From the IMG/VR virus record IMGVR_UViG_3300037459_000226, positions 11,542 to 75,541 of that record: a stretch of 64,000 bases of DNA; one strand, 5' to 3'. A model generated the notes under the pieces. That model did no database searches. It saw only the letters and a program-made list of their open reading frames with translations, and had not been told where the DNA came from. The stretch comes from a virus. Positions 1 to 9,383 of this stretch are shown piece after piece (within the stretch, counting starts at the first letter, position 1; each line of letters opens with the position of its first letter). Made by a program: the position numbers and the translations under genes.

Positions 1-2
1 AT

Positions 3-48
3 CAGTTGATTTCGATCTGTGAAACGTGCCACGAGGCAATCGAGTTTG
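3..48 (+). pseudogene. 5' portion (partial) of an HNH-endonuclease-like gene interrupted by an insertion
   Basis: Frame 3 reads QLISICETCHEAIEF, matching the HNH-type L..C..CH motif. It rejoins 1681-1886 in frame once the insert and one TSD copy are removed. Confidence 0.65.
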
Positions 49-378
49 GGTAGTGGGTGCGTTCTGTGTTGATCCAAGCGTTGCCCTTTGACGCGGCGGC
101 CCGCGTGACCGGCACGCCGATTGCTGTTGAGCCGCGAATTCGTGAACACCACCTGAACCGCTCGCGCGAGGCCGGTGTCTGATTTGAAGCGCCTGCTTGC
201 CAGCCGAAGATTTTGACTTCCGGCTTGCAGGCCCACCGCTCATCTGGCCACAATGGTAAAACCGGCTGAGATTGACGATTGTCACGATTTTTCCGATAGT
301 CCCGCCCCACTTGGCGTGAGAGTCCGGTGGATGGCGACAAAACCCCTGACTGACTGAACATCACGGACATCGCATCAA

Positions 379-810
379 ATGCCCATAAGGAAGAAACGCC
401 CGAAGGGGAGGATCGTGAAAAAGGTCGTCAAAAAAAAGCGATCGGCGGCCGGCAACGGGCAGCCGAAACAAGATCCCGATTCAACCAGGGTTCCTCTTGA
501 GTACACATTCAGCGAGAACATTGTCCCCGTGTATTCAAATGGATTTGTTGTTCGGTACGATGCGGGAATGTTTCACCTCTTCTTTTTCAATAGCCGTGGC
601 CCGATCATCCTTGAAACCGATAGTCCGAAAAAGCGACAGGAACAGATTGCGAAAGTCGATGTGGTCAAATCCAACTGTGTGGCTCATCTTGTGGTGACTT
701 TGGATCAGGCCCGAAAGGTCATCTCCGCGCTGACGAGGAATTACGAGAAGTTCGTACAGACGTTACCGGATGATGTGCGAGTGGCGTTGGAATCCGGTGG
801 AGATGAATAG
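379..810 (+). CDS. DUF3467-like protein
   Basis: 143 aa; the PVYSNGFVV...FHLFF...VAHLVVT pattern is typical of DUF3467-like proteins; basic N-terminus. Confidence 0.5.
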   Translation: MPIRKKRPKGRIVKKVVKKKRSAAGNGQPKQDPDSTRVPLEYTFSENIVPVYSNGFVVRYDAGMFHLFFFNSRGPIILETDSPKKRQEQIAKVDVVKSNCVAHLVVTLDQARKVISALTRNYEKFVQTLPDDVRVALESGGDE

Positions 811-1449
811 GTGAGACAAATGGAAAATACCATCAACATCTCAGGCAGGACAGATTCCGCGGGGGGACCGAGGGATGTGAATACGATAGGGCAGGTCGCG
901 TCAACTGGCAGTTCTGTGGTTCCGGCGGGGCAAACCTCTTCAACTGCTGGTGTGTCCGTCGTCAAAACCCAACCGCGCGGCATCAGGTTAATGCGCGACG
1001 TTACGGCAGAGATCGTTGCCGACAGAATTATCGATTTCTGCAACGAGCACGGCGACTGGGTCACGAACCTCAAGCTTCAGAAGCTGTTGTACTACACACA
1101 GGCATGGTATTTGGCGCTGTATGATGGGCCACTTTTTGACGAACCGATCATTGCGACACCTAATGGACCAATCCAAAAAGAGGTGCTTGTCCGGTATCAG
1201 CGCTACGGTCACGGACCGATCGACCAGCCCAGCGGTGGCCAAAAAGTTCCCAAGAAGCTTGACAGTCACATCGTCGATGTGATGGAAGCATACGGCCACC
1301 TCAGCGCATTCGATTTGGAGAATTTGTCGCGTGACGAGGAGCCGTGGAAACTTGCGCAAAACCGCGATGACGGAGAAAAAGTGATTTCCCAGGAGGTGAT
1401 GAAGGCGTTCTATCGGATGCGACTCGATGAAAAGAGGGCGAAGAGGTAA
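811..1449 (+). CDS. Panacea (DUF4065/SocA-like) antitoxin with low-complexity N-terminal extension
   Basis: TNLKLQKLLYYTQAWYLAL...LFDEPIIA..NGPI...YGHLSAFDLENLSRDEEPW is the DUF4065 signature. The true start may be 820 or 991. Confidence 0.85.
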   Translation: MRQMENTINISGRTDSAGGPRDVNTIGQVASTGSSVVPAGQTSSTAGVSVVKTQPRGIRLMRDVTAEIVADRIIDFCNEHGDWVTNLKLQKLLYYTQAWYLALYDGPLFDEPIIATPNGPIQKEVLVRYQRYGHGPIDQPSGGQKVPKKLDSHIVDVMEAYGHLSAFDLENLSRDEEPWKLAQNRDDGEKVISQEVMKAFYRMRLDEKRAKR

Positions 1450-1645
1450 AGTCCCACCCTATCAGGTGGAGGAACGCGGCAAGGTGCCGCGAGCACAGGC
1501 CCCTCCAACCGACGTGGTGTTTTCATTCCGGTTTTTGGATACCACCAGCAATCCGAAGTTCTCTCTCGGCGATTGCGAGGATGGCTATTTTGAGATCTTG
1601 TTGGAGCGGTTGTTGAAGGAATCGGCCCGCGCTACCGCAGCTTAA
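1427..1645 (+). pseudogene. Truncated putative toxin partner of the Panacea antitoxin
   Basis: Overlaps the antitoxin 3' end. FSFRFLD...PKFSL..C..GYF..LLERL resembles the N-terminal half of toxins found downstream of DUF4065 genes. It ends 2 nt before the right IR. Confidence 0.5.
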
Positions 1646-1672
1646 ACATCAACACAGAACGCACCCACTACC

Positions 1673-1886
1673 CGAGTTTGCGAATGGGAAAAAGGTGAGC
1701 TTCCACGAGACGGCGGAACGCCTCGAAGCCCGCTTAAATCAAATGGTCCGGAGGAACGGCCAGCGGAACGGCCGGCGGCGGAAATGTTCGGAGTGCCGGG
1801 CTGTTCGCGTAAACCGCAGGATCACCCCAAACTTCCCCGTGTGCCCGATGTGCACGCGACAAGGTCTTTCAAGGAAATCTGCCTGA
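1673..1886 (+). pseudogene. 3' portion of the interrupted HNH-like/Zn-finger gene
   Basis: EFANGKKVSFHETAERL...CSEC...CPMC is in frame with 3-48 after the insert is removed. Confidence 0.65.
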
Positions 1887-1992
1887 AAAGAAGACTAGCT
1901 CTCACCGGCGAGCATCAATCGGCCGGCCAAGGGGACAGGTCGCCAAGTCCCGTAAGCGAAGAAAAGCACACCAGCACATTGGCGATGGCAAG

Positions 1993-2703
1993 ATGGGGGT
2001 CCCAACAGTTGTCCCCCCGATCTACCTGTGGCGATGGCCCTCCGCGCCCCGCAGCAAAGTATGTGTGCCGTTTCAACAAACAAGACTTGTCCGTGAGGAT
2101 TGGCGTGCGACGGACGTAAAGCTCAACAAAGCGGCAAGGAAGTGGAGTGCACCGCTTATGCCAGACCCACAGCCACTCTCCGAACACCCCAAGGTGCAAT
2201 TCTTCAAGATCTCACCCGAGGGCTTGGGAACGATCGTCGTCGACCCGAGATACCGGCCCAACGGCGCCGATGGCCTGCTCGTGACCTGCCCAATCGGTTC
2301 GATCGTCAAGCTCCAGTTGGCGCACACGATTCAGCCTGGCACGTCGTTAATCTGGCGAGGATATGGCATTTGCAGGCGAACGACGCCGCGACTTGTGACA
2401 CAGCAGCAGTACGATGCCGGCCCTATTGCAAAACCAGAGTCTCCGCTGTACGACGTGACGGCCTTGTTCTGGCCCTGTGACCGTCGGCATCACCTCCAGA
2501 TGACCCTCAATCTGATCACGGGAGTCGAGGTCGTCACGCGGTACGTTCCGCCGGTCGCCTGCACGGCCTGCGACTGGAACGGTTCTCGGCACCAAGCGAA
2601 CATCGACCCGTGCAAATCGCCAGCAGAGGACCGGTGTCCGCTCTGCGGCGAGAAAGTCGTCATCTTTCACCTGTTTCCACCAGGACCAGCGAATGCCGGA
2701 TAA
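1993..2703 (+). CDS. Hypothetical phage protein with C-terminal Zn-ribbon (CTAC...CPLC)
   Basis: 236-aa ORF in the + strand gene block; start uncertain. Confidence 0.55.
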   Translation: MGVPTVVPPIYLWRWPSAPRSKVCVPFQQTRLVREDWRATDVKLNKAARKWSAPLMPDPQPLSEHPKVQFFKISPEGLGTIVVDPRYRPNGADGLLVTCPIGSIVKLQLAHTIQPGTSLIWRGYGICRRTTPRLVTQQQYDAGPIAKPESPLYDVTALFWPCDRRHHLQMTLNLITGVEVVTRYVPPVACTACDWNGSRHQANIDPCKSPAEDRCPLCGEKVVIFHLFPPGPANAG

Positions 2704-3163
2704 CCCCCAGAATCTCATCAACGGCGGCATCACATCCCAGGCAGTCATTACCCTTACGGCGTACGGTGACGGCCAGCACATCATCATGCTGCACGGCGAC
2801 GGAACAGCGCTGAGCTGCTGTTCGCAGTTAGCCCAGATGCTGCAATCGGCGATCGACCTCGCGGGGGCCAGGATTCAGTTGGCACAGCCCCCCCTGCGGT
2901 ACGCCGATACGAGTCAACCGCCGTTCGCGCAGCCTCAGCAAACGCCCATCGTCGAGCATCCTCCCGTCCAGATGACGGAACCATCGCCAGAACCGGTCCC
3001 GGTGCCGCCTGCGGAGCGGGATTCGAATCTCCCAAACCCACCGCGTGAGCGCAAACCGAACCCGATGGACCCGCCGGCGCCGCAAGTGGACGGTCCGTTC
3101 CCGGATGCGGTGGGCGCCGTAAACCGAGCATTCAACCAAGAGCATCCCGGACGCAGGCAGTAG
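2693..3163 (+). CDS. Hypothetical protein, Pro-rich C-terminus
   Basis: 156 aa; AGGA upstream; followed by a hairpin at 3166-3186. Confidence 0.6.
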   Translation: MPDNPQNLINGGITSQAVITLTAYGDGQHIIMLHGDGTALSCCSQLAQMLQSAIDLAGARIQLAQPPLRYADTSQPPFAQPQQTPIVEHPPVQMTEPSPEPVPVPPAERDSNLPNPPRERKPNPMDPPAPQVDGPFPDAVGAVNRAFNQEHPGRRQ

Positions 3164-3217
3164 CCCCGCTAGCCACGTGGCAGCGGAACCCCACCCCTCC
3201 CGAAAGGAGAATAGACC

Positions 3218-3946
3218 GTGCTTGACGACGATTACACCAATTTGACGAAGTGGCTGATCAGTAATCCGGATGACAACCGCAGAGTCTCATTCAGCTTTTT
3301 AACAATGCAGCGGGATGTCCGGATTCAGATGGAGTGCGAAACGTTCGCCGGCGGCCACATAACGTTCTCCGAACTCTGGCCGGCGAACGAGACGTCGCTT
3401 CAGCAGGGCCTCAACGTTATGCTCCAGCGGATCGTGGCGCTCTCGCAACCTGTTGTACAGGATGTGGACGAAACCCTCTTGGATCAGGCAGAGATAGCGC
3501 TTGATCCGCACTCCTACATTGACGGAAAGCTAACGCCGATTGATGCCATCATTCCCCCATCTGAAGACCAGTTGTTCACTGTTTCGATCGCCGGCCGGAC
3601 CTACGAGGTGACTGAGGAAGCGATTCGTTCTGTCGGACGGGAAATCGGCCTTCCGGGTGGCGAGGATCACGCGGTCCCAGACCCGCCTTTGACCGCCGAA
3701 GATGTGACCTCGGGGTACAGCGAAAACCGGCGCTCTGACCCGGTCGAACTCGCTTCGCTGCTCGGCGTCGAGATGCCGGCCGCTCCGTACCAGCCGCCAG
3801 CCGAACAGGCACCGTACACCGCACCGGCGCCACCTCCAGCGTTCGATCCGATCTACCTGGGATCCGAAACGCTAGACAGCCCCCCAGTGCCGCTTCAGTC
3901 TCCCGAACAGCGGATGCCTCCCGCCCCGCCAAAGCAACTGATTTGA
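3218..3946 (+). CDS. Hypothetical acidic/Pro-rich protein
   Basis: 242 aa; AAAGGAG SD before the GTG start. Confidence 0.65.
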   Translation: MLDDDYTNLTKWLISNPDDNRRVSFSFLTMQRDVRIQMECETFAGGHITFSELWPANETSLQQGLNVMLQRIVALSQPVVQDVDETLLDQAEIALDPHSYIDGKLTPIDAIIPPSEDQLFTVSIAGRTYEVTEEAIRSVGREIGLPGGEDHAVPDPPLTAEDVTSGYSENRRSDPVELASLLGVEMPAAPYQPPAEQAPYTAPAPPPAFDPIYLGSETLDSPPVPLQSPEQRMPPAPPKQLI

Positions 3947-4036
3947 GAGGAAACCGACAAACGTCCGGAAGAATCATTCTCGGCCGGCCTATCAGTCAGT
4001 AGGCAAGGTCCCCAGCTCGCAAACGAGGAGAATGAA

Positions 4037-4255
4037 ATGCCTGTTCCCAGCCTGATGCAGTTCACCCTTCTGGAGTCTGGTCTACTTTACGCAGTCCAGG
4101 CCAGTCAAATCGAGTCCGTCACGGCCCTGACTCGCGGCAGTGACCTGAAAGAAAACTGCACAATTCGCACGAAATCCGGAGACGTAAAAAATGTGTTCAC
4201 CCCCGCGGCGAGTGCCGTTCAAGAGGTCATAGACGCTCTCATGCCCGGCGGGTGA
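4037..4255 (+). CDS. Small hypothetical protein
   Basis: 72 aa; GAGGAG SD. Confidence 0.65.
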   Translation: MPVPSLMQFTLLESGLLYAVQASQIESVTALTRGSDLKENCTIRTKSGDVKNVFTPAASAVQEVIDALMPGG

Positions 4256-4899
4256 AGCCGCCCGGGAAAGCGATCGAGCCAGTCCCAAGTAGTGCGTCAA
4301 CTTCGGGTTAGGGGTTGGAACGCGAAAAACAGCACGGTTTGGTGCTGTTTTTGGTGCACGGGTTTGCTCGCTCGCAGGCTGCACAACAGCGAGCGGGAAC
4401 TTGGGGCCTCGACAGGCAGTTGGCTCCTCACGGGGCGGTAGGTGAAGCCGACTTTCTCCCCCAGGACGAACAGGCCCGGGGCGCGCTAAACCGTTCGAGG
4501 CAAACGAGATGATCAAATACATCGGTGAAATCCAGCGGCTGCTGCAAGAGCAGTTCCCGGACACGTTCCCCCACATCCCAGATGGCATCTATCCGCTGAA
4601 GGTCTGCGGTGGGGTTGATCCTGCGTGACGAACTGAAGCTGGGGGAATCTGTAGGATGTGGAAAAAAAGTGTGAGAGGTATGTGAGCTTAGGGTGCGCGA
4701 CCCAAAGGGGACGGCCACCCCCGTTCAGTTTCTCACCGTAAACGCATACCATGCCACGTCTTACGATCCACTGCTGTTGTACTTAATACTGTACACTACG
4801 TAATCTGTGTACTTTATGATGCACATGGGGGCTTAGGTAACACCAATGCATCCCCTCTAACAGCGTGCCAACAAACTCCAAACAGGGAGTGAGCAGCCC

Positions 4900-5073
4900 A
4901 TGACATGGATGACAGACAACCCGGTGAGGGTCGACGCTTCGCATCCTCAGTGCTCGGCATGCGGGAGCACAACGGTGCTGATCAAGGATGATGTGAGGCG
5001 TTGCTGGGAGTGCGGTGCTGTCGTGGAAGTCCCGCCGGGATTCGCAAAGCCGGTCGAGCCGACGGTTCCTTGA
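4900..5073 (+). CDS. Small Zn-ribbon protein (not in ORF track)
   Basis: MTWMTDNPVRVDASHPQCSACGSTTVLIKDDVRRCWECGAVVEVPPG..., 57 aa with two CxxC pairs; GGGAG upstream. Confidence 0.6.
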   Translation: MTWMTDNPVRVDASHPQCSACGSTTVLIKDDVRRCWECGAVVEVPPGFAKPVEPTVP

Positions 5074-5359
5074 CGGTTGTTTCGCCGTTGTTTCCCCCCT
5101 GTTGAGACGGCGTCTGCCGGCCGTACGTCGTCGGTGAGGCGTTTCTTCCCCGTTGGTCGAGTGATAGGGCATTCCCGCGGCTCGGTGGACGTTGAGAGCG
5201 GTCCGGCTGTTCGCGTCGTGCCGATACTTTCCGCTATTCTCCTGCCATTCCGGCCGTAATCGTCACATTGTTGGTGTTCGGCACAACATTCTCACCCTAA
5301 TAGGTTGTAGGCTGTTAAGCCTACGTTGAACTGTTCTTTTCCCTCTGGAGCAAAACGCG

Positions 5360-5704
5360 ATGAAAACACAATTCCACGTCAACGTCGAAACGAACAACGG
5401 CAGCCATACGTCATCCGGGTCTACCCGATCAACACTCGCGGAAGCGCTGGCGGAGGCCTTCCAGATGTCAACGTACTACATTCTCAACTGCGGTTATCCG
5501 CGGCCGACCGTCAAGATCAGCGAAGTGTGCGACGTCTGTTCGGGTTTCGGTAAGGCTGCGCGTTGGCGCGGCTCTAAGCTACGGCCTGGAACGAAGCGCT
5601 GCCCGGAATGCAAGGGCCGACCGTCGCCCGCTCCGATTGAATTCGCGACAGAACTACACGAAAACGTGGAATCCCTCGTGGGTGCGTTGGCCTATTCCGT
5701 CTGA
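5360..5704 (+). CDS. Hypothetical early protein with CxxCxGxG zinc-finger motifs
   Basis: CDVCSGFG and CPECKG motifs; GGAG SD. Confidence 0.65.
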   Translation: MKTQFHVNVETNNGSHTSSGSTRSTLAEALAEAFQMSTYYILNCGYPRPTVKISEVCDVCSGFGKAARWRGSKLRPGTKRCPECKGRPSPAPIEFATELHENVESLVGALAYSV

Positions 5705-5786
5705 ATCCCCCCGCCCCCGGCCGGAACGCAACGGCGCCGACTGGACCCGTGCGGATTCCCACTTTCCCCGATTGGAGGCAATTGCG

Positions 5787-6266
5787 ATGTCACAACCCGT
5801 ATGGAAAGAGATTGCGAATCTCGGAGACGTAGACCCGATTGACCACGACGGTTATTTCGTGTTCGTCGATGAAACCGGGGTCTATCCCGCTGAAGCCGAA
5901 CGGCTGGAATCGCCGCCGGATGATGGCGATATGTGGGACGATGAAACCGGAGATTATTCCAATTCCGCGAGATGGATCGTCCACCGTTTCAGTCTGGACC
6001 GATGCACGTTCACGGATGGCGTCCTGTCGGACAACAGGTTCCATCCAGATCATCCGGCGTGGTTTGCCGATGATCTGGAAAGCGCTGCCAGTTGTATGGA
6101 TTTCGGCGAACCTGATTTGCGGACGGCGTTTTGCTCCGACGATCCAATTCGCCGTGCCAACGCCTACCGGGCTGTCGGCGACTACCACGGCTTCGATAAT
6201 CTCGACAGCTACCCCCTCACGCTTTCGCGGGATGAGGTCAAGTCGCGGTATCCACAATACGTGTAA
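5787..6266 (+). CDS. Hypothetical acidic phage protein
   Basis: Start reassigned to MSQPVWK after the GGAGG SD. Confidence 0.7.
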   Translation: MSQPVWKEIANLGDVDPIDHDGYFVFVDETGVYPAEAERLESPPDDGDMWDDETGDYSNSARWIVHRFSLDRCTFTDGVLSDNRFHPDHPAWFADDLESAASCMDFGEPDLRTAFCSDDPIRRANAYRAVGDYHGFDNLDSYPLTLSRDEVKSRYPQYV

Positions 6267-6379
6267 CAGACTCCCCCCCAGCTCCGCGGACCTCCCGCGG
6301 GGCGACGGGCGCGCCTGTAGACCCCGCCACAACCAGCGCAACGGGTGCCGCCAGAGTTTCCCCAACGGAGAAAAGAGCG

Positions 6380-6541
6380 ATGACACCAATTCAAGTTGCG
6401 CGAATGACTCTTGAATGGAACCCGGTTGACTCGGTGGCGACCGTGAATCATTACGCAAAGGTCTATTGCTTCGACGCGGCAATGACCGCGGAATGTCTGG
6501 TGGAGATCGAGCGACTGAAGCCGGGGACAATCCCAGCATGA
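6380..6541 (+). CDS. Small hypothetical protein (not in ORF track)
   Basis: MTPIQVARMTLEWNPVDSV..., 53 aa; GGAG SD; ATGA overlap with the next gene. Confidence 0.6.
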   Translation: MTPIQVARMTLEWNPVDSVATVNHYAKVYCFDAAMTAECLVEIERLKPGTIPA

Positions 6542-6780
6542 TCACAACCCTGCAAAACCTCCGAGACGGCGCGCCTTTCAGTTGCGACGGTCGGCCCGGC
6601 AGATTGATACGCCTATCGGAAGCGGCTGCCCGCGTTGTGTGGGTGGATGAATGGATTCAGGAGGATTTCCCGACCGCAAAGGGCGAGCGGGTATGTTTTG
6701 CCAAACCACCGAAACCGATCGCAATCGCGCCCGGTGCGGTTGTGGAAGCTGACCCCGTTGACCTGTTGTGGAGGATTTGA
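6538..6780 (+). CDS. Hypothetical protein
   Basis: Start MITTLQNL, translationally coupled via ATGA. Confidence 0.6.
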   Translation: MITTLQNLRDGAPFSCDGRPGRLIRLSEAAARVVWVDEWIQEDFPTAKGERVCFAKPPKPIAIAPGAVVEADPVDLLWRI

Positions 6781-6783
6781 GCG

Positions 6784-6978
6784 ATGTTCAGTCTGCAAAT
6801 CAATACAGACAATGCAGCGTTTCGGGATGGCGGACCAACGCGCGAAATAGCCCGCATTCTGAGATCCATCGCCGATGGTCTGGTGGAACTCGGACCGGAC
6901 AACGCGCGGGTTTTTGACCAGATGCCACTGGTAGATATCAACGGGCACACGGTCGGGAAGATCACCGTTACCGATTGA
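6784..6978 (+). CDS. Small conserved-type phage early protein
   Basis: F.L.I.TDNAAF...E.ARILR.IAD...DING..VG is a common phage hypothetical pattern. Confidence 0.7.
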   Translation: MFSLQINTDNAAFRDGGPTREIARILRSIADGLVELGPDNARVFDQMPLVDINGHTVGKITVTD

Positions 6979-7072
6979 CCCCGACCCGCCCCCAAGCGCC
7001 CGCGCGACCGGGCGCAGACGGGTCGGCCGTGCGGCTGCTGAGTAACTACGGAATCACAAGAGGAGTGAAGAC

Positions 7073-7291
7073 ATGGACAGGGCGGAACACTTGGAATGGT
7101 GCAAAGAGCGTGCTCGTGAATATCTTCCCAGTGAACCTGCGCAAGCGTTCGCGAGCATGATTAGCGACCTGCGACAACATGACGAGTTGTCGTCTCACAG
7201 TGGGATTGGACTGGGGGCGATGTCGATGATGTTTCCCGGATGGATTGACAGCCCGCACGAAGTGGGCCAGTTCGTTGAAGGCTTCAATTAA
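7073..7291 (+). CDS. Small hypothetical phage protein
   Basis: MDRAEHLEWCKERAREY; GAGGAG SD. Confidence 0.7.
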   Translation: MDRAEHLEWCKERAREYLPSEPAQAFASMISDLRQHDELSSHSGIGLGAMSMMFPGWIDSPHEVGQFVEGFN

Positions 7292-7343
7292 CTTTGTGGC
7301 GGCCGTGCGGCTGCCGTTTTTCCCCAAGCTGGAGGTAGAAGCG

Positions 7344-7682
7344 ATGAGCGAGCACACCCCTGGACCGTGGACAATCGAGTACTCCGAGACGTCAGTTCGA
7401 TGGCCGACAGTCATCGCCATCAATGAACCGGGGCACGATGACGGCAGCCCCATAGAGGTGTGTGAGATCAGCGAGTCTTTCGCGATTGACGCACCGCCCG
7501 ATGATCCCGATAGGATGGTTGCCGAAGCCAACGCAAGGCTGATCGCGGCAGCGCCGGAACTGTTCTCCGCTCTTGACAAGCTAATCGACGTCCTTTCGAC
7601 CGGTTGCCCCGATGACGTCACGTGGGCGGACTTCGCCGCCGCTTTAGCCGCCATCGCGAAAGTGAAAGGCGGCGCCGAATGA
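7344..7682 (+). CDS. Phage protein of the HTPGPW...[12 protein letters not shown] type
   Basis: Both characteristic motifs present; GGAGG SD. Confidence 0.75.
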   Translation: MSEHTPGPWTIEYSETSVRWPTVIAINEPGHDDGSPIEVCEISESFAIDAPPDDPDRMVAEANARLIAAAPELFSALDKLIDVLSTGCPDDVTWADFAAALAAIAKVKGGAE

Positions 7683-8326
7683 CCCCGCTATTCGAGCAGT
7701 ACCGTCCCCGGGACTGGACCGAAGTGATCGGCCAACCCAAAGCCCTGAAACGTCTGGCAGTCCTGCGGAACCGCGGCGGACTCGCGGGCCGTGCCGTCTG
7801 GCTGAGCGGTAAGAGCGGGACCGGTAAGAGCACAATCGCTGAACTGATCGCGGCCGAAGTGGCCGACCCGATCTGTATCGAGCGCTACGTCGGCCGGGAA
7901 CTGAGTGCCACCAGCGTGGACAGGATTGCGCGGTCGAGCGCCACACGGGGCTTTCCTCCGCTTGGCGGACGGGCCGTGATCGTGAATGAGGCACACGGGC
8001 TGTCCAAGCCGTCCATAGAGGTGCTCCTGAACGCCCTGGAGGCCATTCCCGGCCATGCGGTGTGGATCTTCACCACTACCATTGAGGGGCAGGCGAGTCT
8101 CTTCGAGGGGCAGCTAGACGCCTCTCCGTTGATGAGCCGTTGCGTCCAGATCCCGATGGCGCAGCGGGGTCTCGCGGAGGTGTTCGCTGAACGATGCCGC
8201 CAGATTGCGGTCGCGGAAGGGCTGGACGGTCAGCCGATCCGGGCCTACGTCGACCTGGCGAAGCGGCATCGCAACAACTTCCGCGCGATGCTGAATGCCG
8301 TTGAGAGCGGCGAAATGTTGGACTGA
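7679..8326 (+). CDS. Stand-alone clamp-loader/DnaX-like AAA+ ATPase domain protein
   Basis: [14 protein letters not shown], Walker [10 protein letters not shown], Walker B VIVNEAH, IFTTT and SRC motifs; only 215 aa. Confidence 0.8.
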   Translation: MTPLFEQYRPRDWTEVIGQPKALKRLAVLRNRGGLAGRAVWLSGKSGTGKSTIAELIAAEVADPICIERYVGRELSATSVDRIARSSATRGFPPLGGRAVIVNEAHGLSKPSIEVLLNALEAIPGHAVWIFTTTIEGQASLFEGQLDASPLMSRCVQIPMAQRGLAEVFAERCRQIAVAEGLDGQPIRAYVDLAKRHRNNFRAMLNAVESGEMLD

Positions 8327-8356
8327 GGCTTCACCACTTTTACTGGAGGAAAGAGA

Positions 8357-8632
8357 ATGAACCCCGAACAGATTATGGCCGCCGCTTCGCTGCTGGTCGT
8401 CGAAAAGTTCCCAAACGATGTCTTGAGCGCGGCGCACAACTCCGTCACCGGATTTCCGTCGATGAGCACAAAGTGCATGGCCTACCAGCCATTGCTTGAC
8501 GCCTACCTCATTCGTGAAGGGGGCAGGGCGCATGATCGCCATTCGCTGGAGCGGGTCTTGGGGCACGAAATTACGCGGCGAATGAAGGCCGGGACGTTCC
8601 CCGGTCCGCGTGCCGCCAGTGGAGGAGAATAG
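8357..8632 (+). CDS. Hypothetical protein
   Basis: 91 aa; GGAGG SD. Confidence 0.6.
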   Translation: MNPEQIMAAASLLVVEKFPNDVLSAAHNSVTGFPSMSTKCMAYQPLLDAYLIREGGRAHDRHSLERVLGHEITRRMKAGTFPGPRAASGGE

Positions 8633-8634
8633 CG

Positions 8635-8838
8635 ATGGACGACAAACAGCAAGCAGGTCAGAAACAGTTGGCCGCGTGCGAATCCCTGTCTGCTCAATCG
8701 CGATCATTTATGCGAGATAGACTTGATGACATCGAGCGAATCGCGCGGGATGGGCCTGAAAGTGAAGATGATTTCACATTGATGAAGGCTGTGCTGTTGT
8801 GGGCCTGTGCTGAGGTCATCACCTCGGAATACAGATAG
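8635..8838 (+). CDS. Hypothetical protein
   Basis: 67 aa; GGAGGAG SD. Confidence 0.6.
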   Translation: MDDKQQAGQKQLAACESLSAQSRSFMRDRLDDIERIARDGPESEDDFTLMKAVLLWACAEVITSEYR

Positions 8839-8964
8839 GCGGAATAGCAACACCGTCCGGCACCGGCGGGGAAACCGGGTCAAGCATCGGGTGTCGGGTG
8901 TCATCGCACCCGCCTCCACCCTGGTGTGAGCCGGCCGGCTTTTCCCTAGAAAAAGGAGAAAGAG

Positions 8965-9339
8965 GTGATGGCCAGAAAGACCAAGATTGTGAACACGGCG
9001 ACCAGTGGTATCAATCATAGCTGGCTGGGTGGCGGTGACCCGGATGCGATTGTGGCGCAGGAAGGGGCCGGCCAGGACCAGCTTGTCGAGAGCATGTCCC
9101 TACCGACTGACGTCGAGGTGAAGTGCCGAGAGAGACTGGAGGGACTGGGGGTTGTTTTTGGCGATCAGGTGGAGGGCGACCCGCTGTTCCGCGAGGCCAC
9201 CCTCCCCAAGGGATGGGAGAAGCAGGCTACGGACCACAATCTGTACACGAATCTTGTGGATCAGGACGGGGTGGTTCAGGCGACAATCTTCTACAAGGCG
9301 GCGTTCTACGACCGTGCCGCGTTTATACGGGATGTCTAA
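8965..9339 (+). CDS. Hypothetical phage protein
   Basis: LPKGW..ATDH...IFYKAAFYDR pattern; AGGAG/GAGG SD. Confidence 0.7.
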   Translation: MMARKTKIVNTATSGINHSWLGGGDPDAIVAQEGAGQDQLVESMSLPTDVEVKCRERLEGLGVVFGDQVEGDPLFREATLPKGWEKQATDHNLYTNLVDQDGVVQATIFYKAAFYDRAAFIRDV

Positions 9340-9383
9340 GAGGCGGCTTCCACAACCTGAAACCGAGACGGGAGAAACGTGAT

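Larger units (their letters stand above)
49..1672. mobile_element. Non-autonomous IR-bounded insertion cassette (IS1/IS1595-like ends) carrying TA genes
   Basis: Perfect 25-bp inverted repeats GGTAGTGGGTGCGTTCTGTGTTGAT at 49-73 and 1648-1672, flanked by the 8-bp direct repeat CGAGTTTG at 41-48 and 1673-1680. No transposase ORF inside. Confidence 0.9.

Noticed and set aside
3944-4039. TGA of 3218-3946 is in frame with the gene at 4037 with no intervening stop
   Set aside because: The downstream gene has its own strong GAGGAG SD and there is no SECIS-like loop; best explained as a chance frame match.
4783-5172. Minus-strand 129-aa ORF as a terminase small subunit
   Set aside because: It has no supporting motif and overlaps a more convincing + strand Zn-ribbon gene (4900-5073).
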